This document shows positions 39,746-48,748 of a stretch of 64,000 nucleotides of DNA, piece by piece. Position 1 is the stretch's first letter, and each line of letters begins with the position of its first letter. A program made the translations under genes and the position numbers. Origin of the DNA: Myxococcota bacterium (GTDB taxonomy: Bacteria; Myxococcota_C; UBA6777). The stretch covers positions 1-64,000 of the forward strand of contig JAKLKB010000022.1 in the NCBI GenBank assembly GCA_023150835.1, written 5' to 3'. The notes under the pieces are model-generated. The model ran no database searches, was not told the DNA's origin, and saw nothing but the letters and a program-made list of their open reading frames with translations.

Positions 39746-41119
39746 ATGTTTTATCAAGCGCTTGCCTATCGAGAGCCTGTGGATTATGTGACGCCTTGGG
39801 CGCAACAGCCTTGGTGTCTGTGGTTGGACTCTGCGCGGAGAGACGATCCACGCGGTCGCTACAGCTTTTTGGCAGTCGATCCTTCGCAAAAGGTGGTGGT
39901 GCGGGGGCGGCGGGTGGAACTCACGGAACAAGGGCAGACCACGATCCAAGAAGGCGATCCATTGGGGATCTTGGAGGCACTTTGGCGCGAGCGCAGCGGC
40001 CCTTGTCATCCACAGATGCCGCCATTTCAAGGCGGTTATGCGGGTTATTTGGGCTACGATCTGGCGCGGACACTCGAACGACTCCCCACGCTGGCAGAAG
40101 ATGATCTTGGCCTTCCTGACGCGATGTTGGGACGCTACGAAAAAGTCTTGGCGTTTGATCATCAAACGCGCAGTTGTTGGGCATTTGCCCGAGATGTCCA
40201 ACAGCTAGAAGAATGGGTCAAGCAGCTTGAATGCGCCGAACCACCGCCCTATCAAGGATCTGCCTTGGTATGGCAGACGCACTTTACCCCCGAGACTTAT
40301 GCCGATGCGGTCGCGCAAGTGATCGCGTATATCTGGGCAGGAGATATCTTCCAAGCCAACCTCTCGCAGCGAATGGAAGCGCGATGGTCCAACGGATGGT
40401 CCGCGTTCGCGCATTATTGCCATCTTCGGCGCGTCAATCCCGCTCCCTTCGCAGCCTACTTCCACACCGAGCGAGTGACGTTGGCGTCTAGCTCGCCCGA
40501 GCGCTTTTTGTGGGTGCAGGATGGCAACGTGGAGACGCGCCCGATCAAAGGGACGCGGCCACGCGCTCTCGACCCACTGCGCGATCAAGAATACCAAAAC
40601 GAACTGCTTTCAAGCGCCAAAGATCGCGCAGAGAACGCCATGATCGTCGATCTGATGCGCAACGATCTCTCGCGTGTCTGCACAGACCACAGCGTCGAAG
40701 TCCCCGAACTGTGCCGCATCGAGTCCTTTTCAACGGTGCATCACCTTGTCTCGACGGTGATCGGGCACCTGCGCTCGGATGCAACGGCATGGAGCTTATT
40801 GCGTGCTTGTTTCCCGGGGGGTTCGATCTCAGGCGCGCCCAAGATCCGTGCAATGGAGATCATCGAAGCCTTGGAACCTACACGACGCGGCCCCTACTGC
40901 GGAAGCATCGGATACATCGGTTGGGACGGTACCTTGGACACCAGCATCACCATCCGCACCCTTGTCTACACAAACCAACGGGTCTATCTGCAAGTCGGCG
41001 GTGGGATCGTCGCCGACTCTATACCCGCCCAAGAATACCAAGAAACCCTCGATAAAGCCCGCGCATTGCTCGATAGTTTCGCCTACGAGATTCCGCGTTC
41101 TGTTCCGTATCGGGATTAG
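39746..41119 (+). CDS. pabB: Aminodeoxychorismate synthase component I
   Basis: GYLGYD, GDIFQANLS, SSPERF, PIKGT (PabB-type), AENAMIVDLMRNDL, FPGGSISGAPK and GGGIVADS. Confidence 0.9.
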   Translation: MFYQALAYREPVDYVTPWAQQPWCLWLDSARRDDPRGRYSFLAVDPSQKVVVRGRRVELTEQGQTTIQEGDPLGILEALWRERSGPCHPQMPPFQGGYAGYLGYDLARTLERLPTLAEDDLGLPDAMLGRYEKVLAFDHQTRSCWAFARDVQQLEEWVKQLECAEPPPYQGSALVWQTHFTPETYADAVAQVIAYIWAGDIFQANLSQRMEARWSNGWSAFAHYCHLRRVNPAPFAAYFHTERVTLASSSPERFLWVQDGNVETRPIKGTRPRALDPLRDQEYQNELLSSAKDRAENAMIVDLMRNDLSRVCTDHSVEVPELCRIESFSTVHHLVSTVIGHLRSDATAWSLLRACFPGGSISGAPKIRAMEIIEALEPTRRGPYCGSIGYIGWDGTLDTSITIRTLVYTNQRVYLQVGGGIVADSIPAQEYQETLDKARALLDSFAYEIPRSVPYRD

Positions 41120-41145
41120 AAATCGAGCGATTGGGTTTGTTTTTA

Positions 41146-41268
41146 TGGGGTTTCACCCCACACCCCACAAGGGACCGAAGGCCCCTTGACCCCGTATTGG
41201 CGAAGAGATCACAGGTTTTTCAAACCAGCGGCTATGTCGCTCGAACGGGCGCAAACGCGGTTTTTTTG
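41146..41268 (+). repeat. ~120-bp dispersed double-hairpin element (copy) between pabB and pabA
   Basis: TGGGGTTTCACCCCAC..CAAGGGACCGAAGGCCCCTTGACCCC..TTCAAAC; bracketed by direct repeat TTGCTCGATAGTTTCGCC near 41066 and 41316. Confidence 0.85.
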
Positions 41269-41352
41269 TTAAGATGTCACACCGCTCGCTCGATTTTCCT
41301 ACAACAGCCGGCGCCTTGCTCGATAGTTTCGCCCACATTCCCGAGACCACCG

Positions 41353-41970
41353 ATGTTTTTGTTGATCGATAACTATGATTCCTTTGTGTACAATCTTGCG
41401 CGCTATCTCGGGATCCTCGGCAAGACAAGACAAGTCATCCGCAATGATGCCCTTTCGTTGGCCGAGATCGAAGCCCTACAGCCCGAGGCCATCGTGATAT
41501 CACCCGGGCCTTGTTCTCCTGATCAAGCAGGGATCTCGCTCGATATCGTGCGTCACTTTGGGCCGAAGCTCCCGATCCTTGGGGTGTGTTTGGGACACCA
41601 ATGTATCGGGCAAGTCTACGGGGGATCAGTGCTGCGCGCCATCCGCCCGATACACGGTCAAACCAGTCCGATCCAGCACGATCGCCAAGGTCTATTTCTC
41701 GGACTTCCCGAGCCGCTCGAAGTCGCTCGTTATCACTCGTTGATCGTCGTCTGCAAACAAGACTCGCCGCTTGTGGTGACGGCACACACCGAACAAGGCG
41801 AGATCATGGCGCTGCAACATCCCGTGTATCCGTCTTATGGCGTGCAGTTCCACCCTGAGTCCGTACTCACGCCTCACGGTCTTGATATCCTGCGAAACTT
41901 TCTGCGCCTCGCTGAGGCATGGTGGCAAGCCCGACCCACACAAGAGGCCGAACAGACGGAGGCCGCCTGA
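41353..41970 (+). CDS. pabA: Aminodeoxychorismate/anthranilate synthase component II (glutamine amidotransferase)
   Basis: LIDNYDSF, ISPGP, GVCLGHQ, RYHSL and QFHPES. Confidence 0.92.
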   Translation: MFLLIDNYDSFVYNLARYLGILGKTRQVIRNDALSLAEIEALQPEAIVISPGPCSPDQAGISLDIVRHFGPKLPILGVCLGHQCIGQVYGGSVLRAIRPIHGQTSPIQHDRQGLFLGLPEPLEVARYHSLIVVCKQDSPLVVTAHTEQGEIMALQHPVYPSYGVQFHPESVLTPHGLDILRNFLRLAEAWWQARPTQEAEQTEAA

Positions 41971-42047
41971 TGTGGATGGTGTGGAATGAGCGACCCACAC
42001 AAGAGGCCGAACAGACGGAGGCCGCCTGATGTGGATGGTGTGGAATG
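41932..42047 (+). repeat. 57-bp direct duplication (period 59) of the pabA/pabC junction
   Basis: CGACCCACACAAGAGGCCGAACAGACGGAGGCCGCCTGATGTGGATGGTGTGGAATG at 41932 and 41991. Confidence 0.95.
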
Positions 42048-42910
42048 GGCAATTGATCGAGGCGGAGGACGGGGTGATCCCTGCGATGGATCGAGGTGTT
42101 TTGTTGGGAGACGGCGTATTCGATACGTTGTTGGCAGCAAGCGGAGGAGCGGGCGCAGAAGAAAAGCTGCGGGTGATGTGGGGAGAAGCTCATTATGCGC
42201 GTTTGCTCCGTCATACGGGCGAGATCGAGATCGCGTTTCCTTGGTCCGAACAAGAATGGCGAGGATATCTCGAAGCCTTGATCGAGGCGAGCGAAGAAAA
42301 AGGCGGACCGAAGGGGTATTGGGCGATACGGACGACCGTCACGCGGGGGGTGGGACCGCGAGGGATCGGGATCCCTGCGCAAAGTGTGCCGAATGTATGG
42401 ATGACGATCAGCCCGTATGTTGTAAGAAAATCGCCATCTGCGCGGGTGGTCTGTGGTGTGATGCGGCGCAATGAAAGTGCGTTGAGTTCGCGAATCAAGG
42501 CGCTGGGGTTGTTGGATATGGTGTGGTCTGTTGAACAAGCCCGTCGTTTGGGGTACGACGACGTGGTGTTTTGTAATCATGCGGAGAAGTTGACGTGTTG
42601 CAGCACGAGCAATGTTTTTTGGGTGTTTGCGGATCGCATCCAAACGCCTCCGCTGCGGGATGGCGTGATGGATGGCGTCACACGCGCTTGGGCGCTCGGC
42701 AAAATGCAGCAGTGGGGAGTTCCTTGTGTGGAGGACTCTTTGCCGATGGAGGTGGTGAAACAGGCCGTCGCCGCCTTTTCGACAAGCTCGCTGGTGGGGA
42801 TTCGACCGTGGTCTTGCTTGGCATGGAAAGGCCAAGAGTATGCGCTGGAGAGGGCGCATCCTTGGGTCGAACGGTTGCAAACAGCGTGGGACAAAAGCGT
42901 GCTTGTGTAG
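42029..42910 (+). CDS. pabC: Class IV aminotransferase, probable 4-amino-4-deoxychorismate lyase
   Basis: DRGVLLGDGVFDT, HYARL, RIK (PLP Lys), SNVF and GVMDGVTR; pab operon context. Confidence 0.8.
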   Translation: MWMVWNGQLIEAEDGVIPAMDRGVLLGDGVFDTLLAASGGAGAEEKLRVMWGEAHYARLLRHTGEIEIAFPWSEQEWRGYLEALIEASEEKGGPKGYWAIRTTVTRGVGPRGIGIPAQSVPNVWMTISPYVVRKSPSARVVCGVMRRNESALSSRIKALGLLDMVWSVEQARRLGYDDVVFCNHAEKLTCCSTSNVFWVFADRIQTPPLRDGVMDGVTRAWALGKMQQWGVPCVEDSLPMEVVKQAVAAFSTSSLVGIRPWSCLAWKGQEYALERAHPWVERLQTAWDKSVLV

Positions 42911-42945
42911 AACGCCTCGTTGTTTTGGCCAGGTCAAGGCTTCGA

Positions 42946-43033
42946 CAAAAACGCCATCTTCGCGCCAGTTCAAGCGACCGTGTCGTTTGTTTGAAGGACA
43001 GTGATCTTTTCGCTGAATACGGGGTCAAGGGGC
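42946..43033 (-). repeat. Partial copy of the ~120-bp dispersed element
   Basis: Reverse strand: GCCCCTTGACCCCGTATTCAGCGAAAAGATCAC...TTCAAAC...CGCTTGAACTGGCGCGAAG. Confidence 0.75.
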
Positions 43034-43112
43034 GTCATACGAGATCCGCCCATTGATACGAGATCCGCCCGTTGTGTGATCATAACGGTCGGATCTCGTA
43101 TGAGCTCTTGGC

Positions 43113-43292
43113 CTAATCGCTTTCAGGCTCGAACATCTCTTTGCTGGCTCCGCAGATAGGGCAGACCCAAGAGTCGGGCAAGTCTTCAAAGGCCGTACCG
43201 GGCGGGATGTCGTAGTTAGGGTCCCCTTCGGCGGGGTCGTAGGTATAACCACAAGGGACACAACGGTAATGCTTTTTTTCGTTCGTATTCAA
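43113..43292 (-). CDS. Rubredoxin
   Basis: [12 protein letters not shown]...[20 protein letters not shown] start 7 nt after GGAG. Confidence 0.93.
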   Translation of the reverse strand: MNTNEKKHYRCVPCGYTYDPAEGDPNYDIPPGTAFEDLPDSWVCPICGASKEMFEPESD

Positions 43293-43350
43293 AACATGAC
43301 TCCACAAACCAACAAAACATACATAGAAAGAGAACCAACGCAGCGAACAA

Positions 43351-43471
43351 AAACCCCCATGTTCGCGCCACACCAAGCGGTCGTGCTGTTGAGTTGAAAC
43401 ACTCTCGAACAGCCCGTCAAAACGGGGTCAAGGGGGCTGCGACCCCTTGTGGGGCGTGGGGTGAAACCCCA
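43351..43471 (-). repeat. ~120-bp dispersed double-hairpin element (copy)
   Basis: Plus strand: CCCCCATGTTCGCGCC...CAAGCG...GTTGAAA...GGGGTCAAGGGGGCTGCGACCCCTTGTGGGGCGTGGGGTGAAACCCC; extra terminal hairpin near 43522-43536. Confidence 0.85.
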
Positions 43472-43584
43472 AAAAACAAGCCGAGAGTGGCGATGGACGA
43501 CTTCACATCGCGGGTCAGGTAGGGGGTGAAACCCCAAAAAACAAACCGAGAGGCATGGCTCCTCAGCCGACGAACAAAACAGAC

Positions 43585-44421
43585 TTAAAAGAGATCGGAT
43601 TCATCAACCGAAGGTTTGGTGGCGAGCAGACAACCCGCACGTACAACGACTTCGATCGGGGAATGTGTGTACATCGCCTCGAAGAGACGGGTGAGTTCTT
43701 GGACAACGCGGTCGCGGTTGTGATGTTGCAAGGAAGGGAGCCATAGGCTCAAAAAGCCCCGTTGGATGAAGGTGTGCGCGAACATGGCGTGGGCATTTTC
43801 AAAGAACAGGCGGAAGCTTTGACGGCGGAGATTAACGCGCTCAAAGCCGATCTGATGGAGGAGATACATGGCTTGTTCGGGGAGGCGGTAGAGGTGTTCG
43901 TGGACATCGATTTGTCGGAGGGCTTCGTGTTCGCCGATCTGTTCGAGGAAAGTGCGTGTCGGTCCAAAGAGATCGGTCAGGCTTCCACGCAAGGGCGTGG
44001 TCAATAAGGCCAATCCACCGGGCTGGAGCGTGCGCCAGATCTCTTCGAGCATGGTATCGGGGGGATCCACATAAAATAGGCCAAGGTTGCAGCACGCGAG
44101 ACCAAAGAGATCGTCGGGGATGCGGAATCGTTCGGAGAGTTCGCTGTGATGGAAGAAGATGCGGTGTTGTCGAAGGGCTTCGGTGGTTTTTTCGCGGGCG
44201 ATATCCAAGAGATCTTGGACGGGGTCGATGGCGATCAATCGGGCTTTTCCGACGAGTCGATCAAGGAGGGCAACACTGAGGTTGCCGGCGTTGCAAAACA
44301 CTTCGAGGACGGGCTGATCGAGTTGAGCGGGGACTTCGCGTAGCAGCAGTTGGGCAAAAGGCCCGGACCACAAAGGCCAGATGTCGCGTTCGTATACTGC
44401 GGCTGCGCGTTCAAAATCCAT
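43585..44421 (-). CDS. Class I SAM-dependent methyltransferase-like protein
   Basis: VLEVFCNAG (degenerate motif I), LIAID and EIWRTLQPGG; AAGGAG RBS. Confidence 0.75.
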   Translation of the reverse strand: MDFERAAAVYERDIWPLWSGPFAQLLLREVPAQLDQPVLEVFCNAGNLSVALLDRLVGKARLIAIDPVQDLLDIAREKTTEALRQHRIFFHHSELSERFRIPDDLFGLACCNLGLFYVDPPDTMLEEIWRTLQPGGLALLTTPLRGSLTDLFGPTRTFLEQIGEHEALRQIDVHEHLYRLPEQAMYLLHQIGFERVNLRRQSFRLFFENAHAMFAHTFIQRGFLSLWLPSLQHHNRDRVVQELTRLFEAMYTHSPIEVVVRAGCLLATKPSVDESDLF

Positions 44422-44629
44422 TGCGCGGTGACTCCTTGCTAAAACACACTTGCGTCCGTCTGCGGAGAAAAGGCTTGCCCCCTACAGAGCGCGTTGTTTG
44501 CTGGCGGGCAAGACTTGCCCCCGATTGTGTTCCATTGTAATCTTTTTGCCCTTTTGTAGAAAAAAATGTGCAAGACGGCAGATGCGCTTGCATCGCTCGT
44601 TGCCCACCTGACGGAGGAGAAAAAACAGT

Positions 44630-47600
44630 ATGTGTGGTATCGTGGGACTCCTGACCCTTCCCGAGGCCAAGATTTCGCAAGAAGCTTTTGCCAAAGCACT
44701 GGAACAAGCCGAAGCTTTTCATCCACAGATCGCGCAGCTTGTGCCCGAGGCTTTGCACGTGGAGATCAGCCGACTTCAGGGCTGGATCGAAGAACTGCCG
44801 GGCTTTTCGACGGCGCTGGCCCTTGGCGAAGATCCCCAAAAGCAGGAGCAGATCGAGCGGATCGCAGCGATCTTCCGCGATGCTTTGCGACGTGTGCAAC
44901 TTGGACAAGAGCGTGCCGATGGCTTCCATGAGCTTGAGCAGTGGAACCAACTGGGGACGTTGTGTCGGGATCTGCTGTGGCGTTTGGAGCAGGATATCTT
45001 GGCGGGGCAACAAGAACTGTTTCAGTTTGTTCCTGCGCCTTGGCCGATAGAGTGGGCGGATCGTCTGCGTGCGATGTGGCAGATCGAGTTTGTATTACGC
45101 GGGCTGCAACGTTTGGAGATCCGAGGCCGTGATTCGGGGGGGATCAGCATCTTGCTGCATTTCCCAAACAGCGACGCCTACGACCAGATGGTCCGCCAGA
45201 TCGAAGCCTCGCCGTTGCGGGGCGAATGGTCGCGCAGACAAAAGATCGAAGGATTGTTGACAGGGGCGATCTGCGGTCACGATCTGCTGCATGGCGAACA
45301 ACGCCAGTTGATCTTTCTTTACAAAGTCGCCGCAGAGATCGGCAATATCGGCGACAACGTGCGCGAACTGCGCCGCCAGATCCACGCCGACGAGATCCTC
45401 CAAAAAGCGCTGTCTCTGCCCAATGTGCGTTGTAATCCACTGACCCACACACGTTGGGCCTCGAACGGCATCATCAACGAATACAACTGCCATCCCCAAG
45501 GCAACGATGCCAACGGCATGAACGCCGCATCCACCCGCCTGTTTGCGGTCCTCAATGGCGACGTCGACAACTTCCAAGAACTGCTCGATGCGTACACTCG
45601 CCGCACCCAGCAAAAGATGCCTGCTGGTGTGACGACCGACGCCAAGATCATCCCGTTGTTGGTCGAAGAGCGCTATCGCGCCACAGGCGATCTGCGCGAA
45701 GCCTTCCGTTTGTGCCTTCAAGAATTCCAAGGCTCTTTTGCGATCGCGCTGCATCACCTAGACGATCCCGACAAGATCTGGCTTGGCTTGGGTGGTAGTG
45801 GGCAATCGCTGTATCTGGGGATTCATCCTCACGCAACGTACGTTGCTTCCGAGCTTTACGGACTTGTCGAAGGATGCAGCGCCTTTGTGAAGCTGGACGG
45901 AGAGCGCGAGCGAGAGTCCGGAAACGCCGCATCACGCGGGCAGTTGGTTGAGATCTCGATCGGATTGATCGGGACACCTCGCCCCTTTTTGGGCTGGAGC
46001 TTTGATGGCGTGCCGTTGGGTGAAAAGGACCTGCCGATCAAGACGGCACAGATCACCACTCGCGATATCGATATCGCGGGGTATCCGCACTTTTTCCTCA
46101 AAGAGATCTCGGAGTCCGTGTCTTCAGTTCGCAAGACACTTCATGGGCGTTTCTTTTTGAAGGACGATCCCCAAGAACCCTTTTTGTTTAACTTCGATGA
46201 ATCGGCAGTTCCTGAAAGCATCTTGCGGGATCTGCGCGAAGGCAAGATCACGCAGATCTTTTGCATCGGTCAAGGGACCGCAGCGGTCGCAGCGATGGGG
46301 GTTGCCGAGGCTCTCCAAGACGCGCTCAACGGACACATCAGCATCCGCGCCACCAAAGCCACCGAGCTTTCGGGCCATATGCTGCGCGAAGATATGGAAG
46401 ATGTCCTTGCGATCGCCGTCAGCCAGTCAGGAACCACAACGGACACCAACCGAACGGTCGATCTATTGCGTCAACGCGGTGCGCGTGTACTCGCGATCCT
46501 CAACCGTCGAAACTCGGACCTCGCCTTCAAAGCCGAAGGCGTGTTGTTCACAAGCGATGGTCGAGATGTCGAGATGTCCGTCGCTTCGACCAAAGCGTTT
46601 TATTCGCAAGTGACGGCAGGAGCGCTGTTGGCGCTTTATCTCGGCTACAGCACAGGCAAGCTGTCCAATGCGCGGGTCTTGCAAGGACTCCAAGAGCTTC
46701 GTTCGATCCCTGCCAAGATGGAGCAAGTGTTGGAACTCAAGGATCAGATCCGAGAGGTGGCGCGCAAGTACGCGCTGCGCAAGCGATATTGGGCCGTTGT
46801 GGGAAGCGGTCCCAACCAGATCGCCGCCCACGAGATCCGCATCAAGCTCAGCGAACTTTGTTATAAGTCGATCTCTTGCGACTACATCGAGGACAAAAAA
46901 CATATCGACTTGAGCGCCGAACCGCTGATGTTGATCCCTGCGCTTGGACTTGATGAAGCCAACCTCAGCGACTCGGTCAAAGAAGTGGCGATCTTCAAAG
47001 CCCACCAATCCATCCCCCTTGTGATCGCAAGTCATGGAGCTGATCGGTTTCAGCATTATGCAGACGCGGTCTTTGTCGTGCCATCGACGGTTTCGCATCT
47101 CTCTCCCATCCTCGCAACCATCGTCGGCCATCTTTTCGGATACCACGCAGCTTGCGCGATCGATGACCTCTCTCAATTCCTCCGACAGATGCGTTCCAAG
47201 CTACTTGCGGCCCTACCCACCCTCGAAACAGAACCCGAGCGTTTGCTCAATCCCAACAAACACAGCGAACTGCGGTCTCTTCTGAACGAACTGCTCCAAA
47301 AGCTGCAAACACCGCACTTTAATTCGGCGCTTGAAGTCCAAACAGCCACGCGCATCGCGATCCAAACCCAACGTTTGTTGTTTGCCCACCTCGACGAATC
47401 GACCTTCGATGCGCCCGAACAAACCGAATCGCCCTTTGAGTTGGCGCAGCGGCTGTTGCAGACCTTTACGGTGGGCGTGAACGAACTGAGCCGACCGATC
47501 GACGCGATCAAGCACCAAGCCAAAACCGTCACCGTGGGGATCTCTCGCCCTTCGCCGACGCTGAGTGGCCCGATCGGTCAGGCTTTCCGAAAGATGCAGA

Positions 47601-48157
47601 TCGATCCAACGTTGGTGCTGTGGCGAAACCTCTCTTACTTGATCGCCGCCGAGCGTTTGATCGGCAAAGTCAAAGGTGCCGTCCTCTATCGCGTCGAAGG
47701 ACTCGATGCGGAGGGCTTCCCAAACTCCAAAAGCAAGATCTACAAAGAAGCCTCTTCGGGGATCGCCGAAGTGTTGCCTTCGCGTACAGAATCCGATCCC
47801 ACGCTGCGCGGCTCCAAATGGCTCGCCCTCAAAAAAAATGCCGTATCCATCGGCGTTGGGCGAAACGACAACCGCAAGATCGCGATCATCCCTCTGCGTG
47901 GAGCCGCACCCCGTCAAGCCCGCATCTTGCTGCTGCATCTGGACTTTCACGAAGAAGCCGCCCTCGCAGATCGACTCCATCTGTTGCGCGCACGCGGCCC
48001 GATCTACGACCTGTTTCGTGCGGCTGTGACGGAGATCGGTCAAACGTGGTCCGAAGATCTCTTGGCCAAAGTTCCTGTGGAGCTGCTCTTTGAAGACACC
48101 CCCGATCGTTTTGTCAGCAGCCTCCAAAAACACAGCGAATACGAAATCCGCTCATAG
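44630..48157 (+). CDS. glmS: Long-form glutamine--fructose-6-phosphate aminotransferase-like protein (GATase-II + SIS)
   Basis: MCGIVG N-terminal nucleophile, RGRDSGG, HTRWAS, NGDVDN, SQSGTT, VASTKAF and AKTVTV. Confidence 0.8.
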   Translation: MCGIVGLLTLPEAKISQEAFAKALEQAEAFHPQIAQLVPEALHVEISRLQGWIEELPGFSTALALGEDPQKQEQIERIAAIFRDALRRVQLGQERADGFHELEQWNQLGTLCRDLLWRLEQDILAGQQELFQFVPAPWPIEWADRLRAMWQIEFVLRGLQRLEIRGRDSGGISILLHFPNSDAYDQMVRQIEASPLRGEWSRRQKIEGLLTGAICGHDLLHGEQRQLIFLYKVAAEIGNIGDNVRELRRQIHADEILQKALSLPNVRCNPLTHTRWASNGIINEYNCHPQGNDANGMNAASTRLFAVLNGDVDNFQELLDAYTRRTQQKMPAGVTTDAKIIPLLVEERYRATGDLREAFRLCLQEFQGSFAIALHHLDDPDKIWLGLGGSGQSLYLGIHPHATYVASELYGLVEGCSAFVKLDGERERESGNAASRGQLVEISIGLIGTPRPFLGWSFDGVPLGEKDLPIKTAQITTRDIDIAGYPHFFLKEISESVSSVRKTLHGRFFLKDDPQEPFLFNFDESAVPESILRDLREGKITQIFCIGQGTAAVAAMGVAEALQDALNGHISIRATKATELSGHMLREDMEDVLAIAVSQSGTTTDTNRTVDLLRQRGARVLAILNRRNSDLAFKAEGVLFTSDGRDVEMSVASTKAFYSQVTAGALLALYLGYSTGKLSNARVLQGLQELRSIPAKMEQVLELKDQIREVARKYALRKRYWAVVGSGPNQIAAHEIRIKLSELCYKSISCDYIEDKKHIDLSAEPLMLIPALGLDEANLSDSVKEVAIFKAHQSIPLVIASHGADRFQHYADAVFVVPSTVSHLSPILATIVGHLFGYHAACAIDDLSQFLRQMRSKLLAALPTLETEPERLLNPNKHSELRSLLNELLQKLQTPHFNSALEVQTATRIAIQTQRLLFAHLDESTFDAPEQTESPFELAQRLLQTFTVGVNELSRPIDAIKHQAKTVTVGISRPSPTLSGPIGQAFRKMQIDPTLVLWRNLSYLIAAERLIGKVKGAVLYRVEGLDAEGFPNSKSKIYKEASSGIAEVLPSRTESDPTLRGSKWLALKKNAVSIGVGRNDNRKIAIIPLRGAAPRQARILLLHLDFHEEAALADRLHLLRARGPIYDLFRAAVTEIGQTWSEDLLAKVPVELLFEDTPDRFVSSLQKHSEYEIRS

Positions 48158-48242
48158 TACGATCGTAAAGAGGTCGGGGCAGATAGGTGTGGCTGCCCAA
48201 GCACAGGGCGTCTACGCACTCTTCCTCGCTTTGGCTGGCTGC

Positions 48243-48449
48243 CAGAGAGCGCTCTCGGGTGCGGCAGCGGTCAACAGCACCCGACGGGCATTGCGAGAGC
48301 GGTTGTGTGGGTTGGGTGTACCGTTGGAAATCGGAAGCGGGGGGCAAACGAAGTACAACCGCAGCCGACAAGGGTATGCGAAAACGCACTGGCTCGATGC
48401 GGTGTGTGTGGGCGTGTCGGGAGAACGTGTGTTCGTGGCCGCAGAGCAA
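48243..48449 (+). pseudogene. iscB: C-terminal remnant of an IscB (RRXRR/HNH, IS200/IS605) nuclease
   Basis: AAAVNSTRRALRERL..LGVPLEIGSGGQTKYNR..GYAKTHWLDAVCVG matches the IscB post-HNH/RuvC-III region; no N-terminal half or start codon context. Confidence 0.8.
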
Positions 48450-48748
48450 GATAAGGGGGTTTCCACGCCGAAGAGTCGATGATTCGCCTGCGTTCGTTTT
48501 GACAGTTTGCCTCTTTCTTTCCTCCTCTATACTTCTCGCTTTTCATCTGCCTTGCTGCCATCTCCTTCCACGACAAGCCTTGCCTTTTTGCTTGGTTGGT
48601 TTATTCTTCGTGTATGTTTTCGCGTTCATGCGATATCATCGAAGAAGAGCATCAGAAAAAGCAGAAATCAGTTAGGCGAATAAGTTCTTATTCGGATGGA
48701 TTTCGTGCGAAGCGCTGGTTCGTTGGGCTTAAAAGGAAAGGTCATCTT

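Noticed and set aside
44422-44629. glmS ribozyme upstream of the GlmS-like gene
   Set aside because: No recognisable ribozyme core; the region looks like a divergent promoter.
48090-48482. Functional IscB/OMEGA system
   Set aside because: Only a C-terminal fragment is present, with no HNH, bridge helix, start context or omegaRNA.
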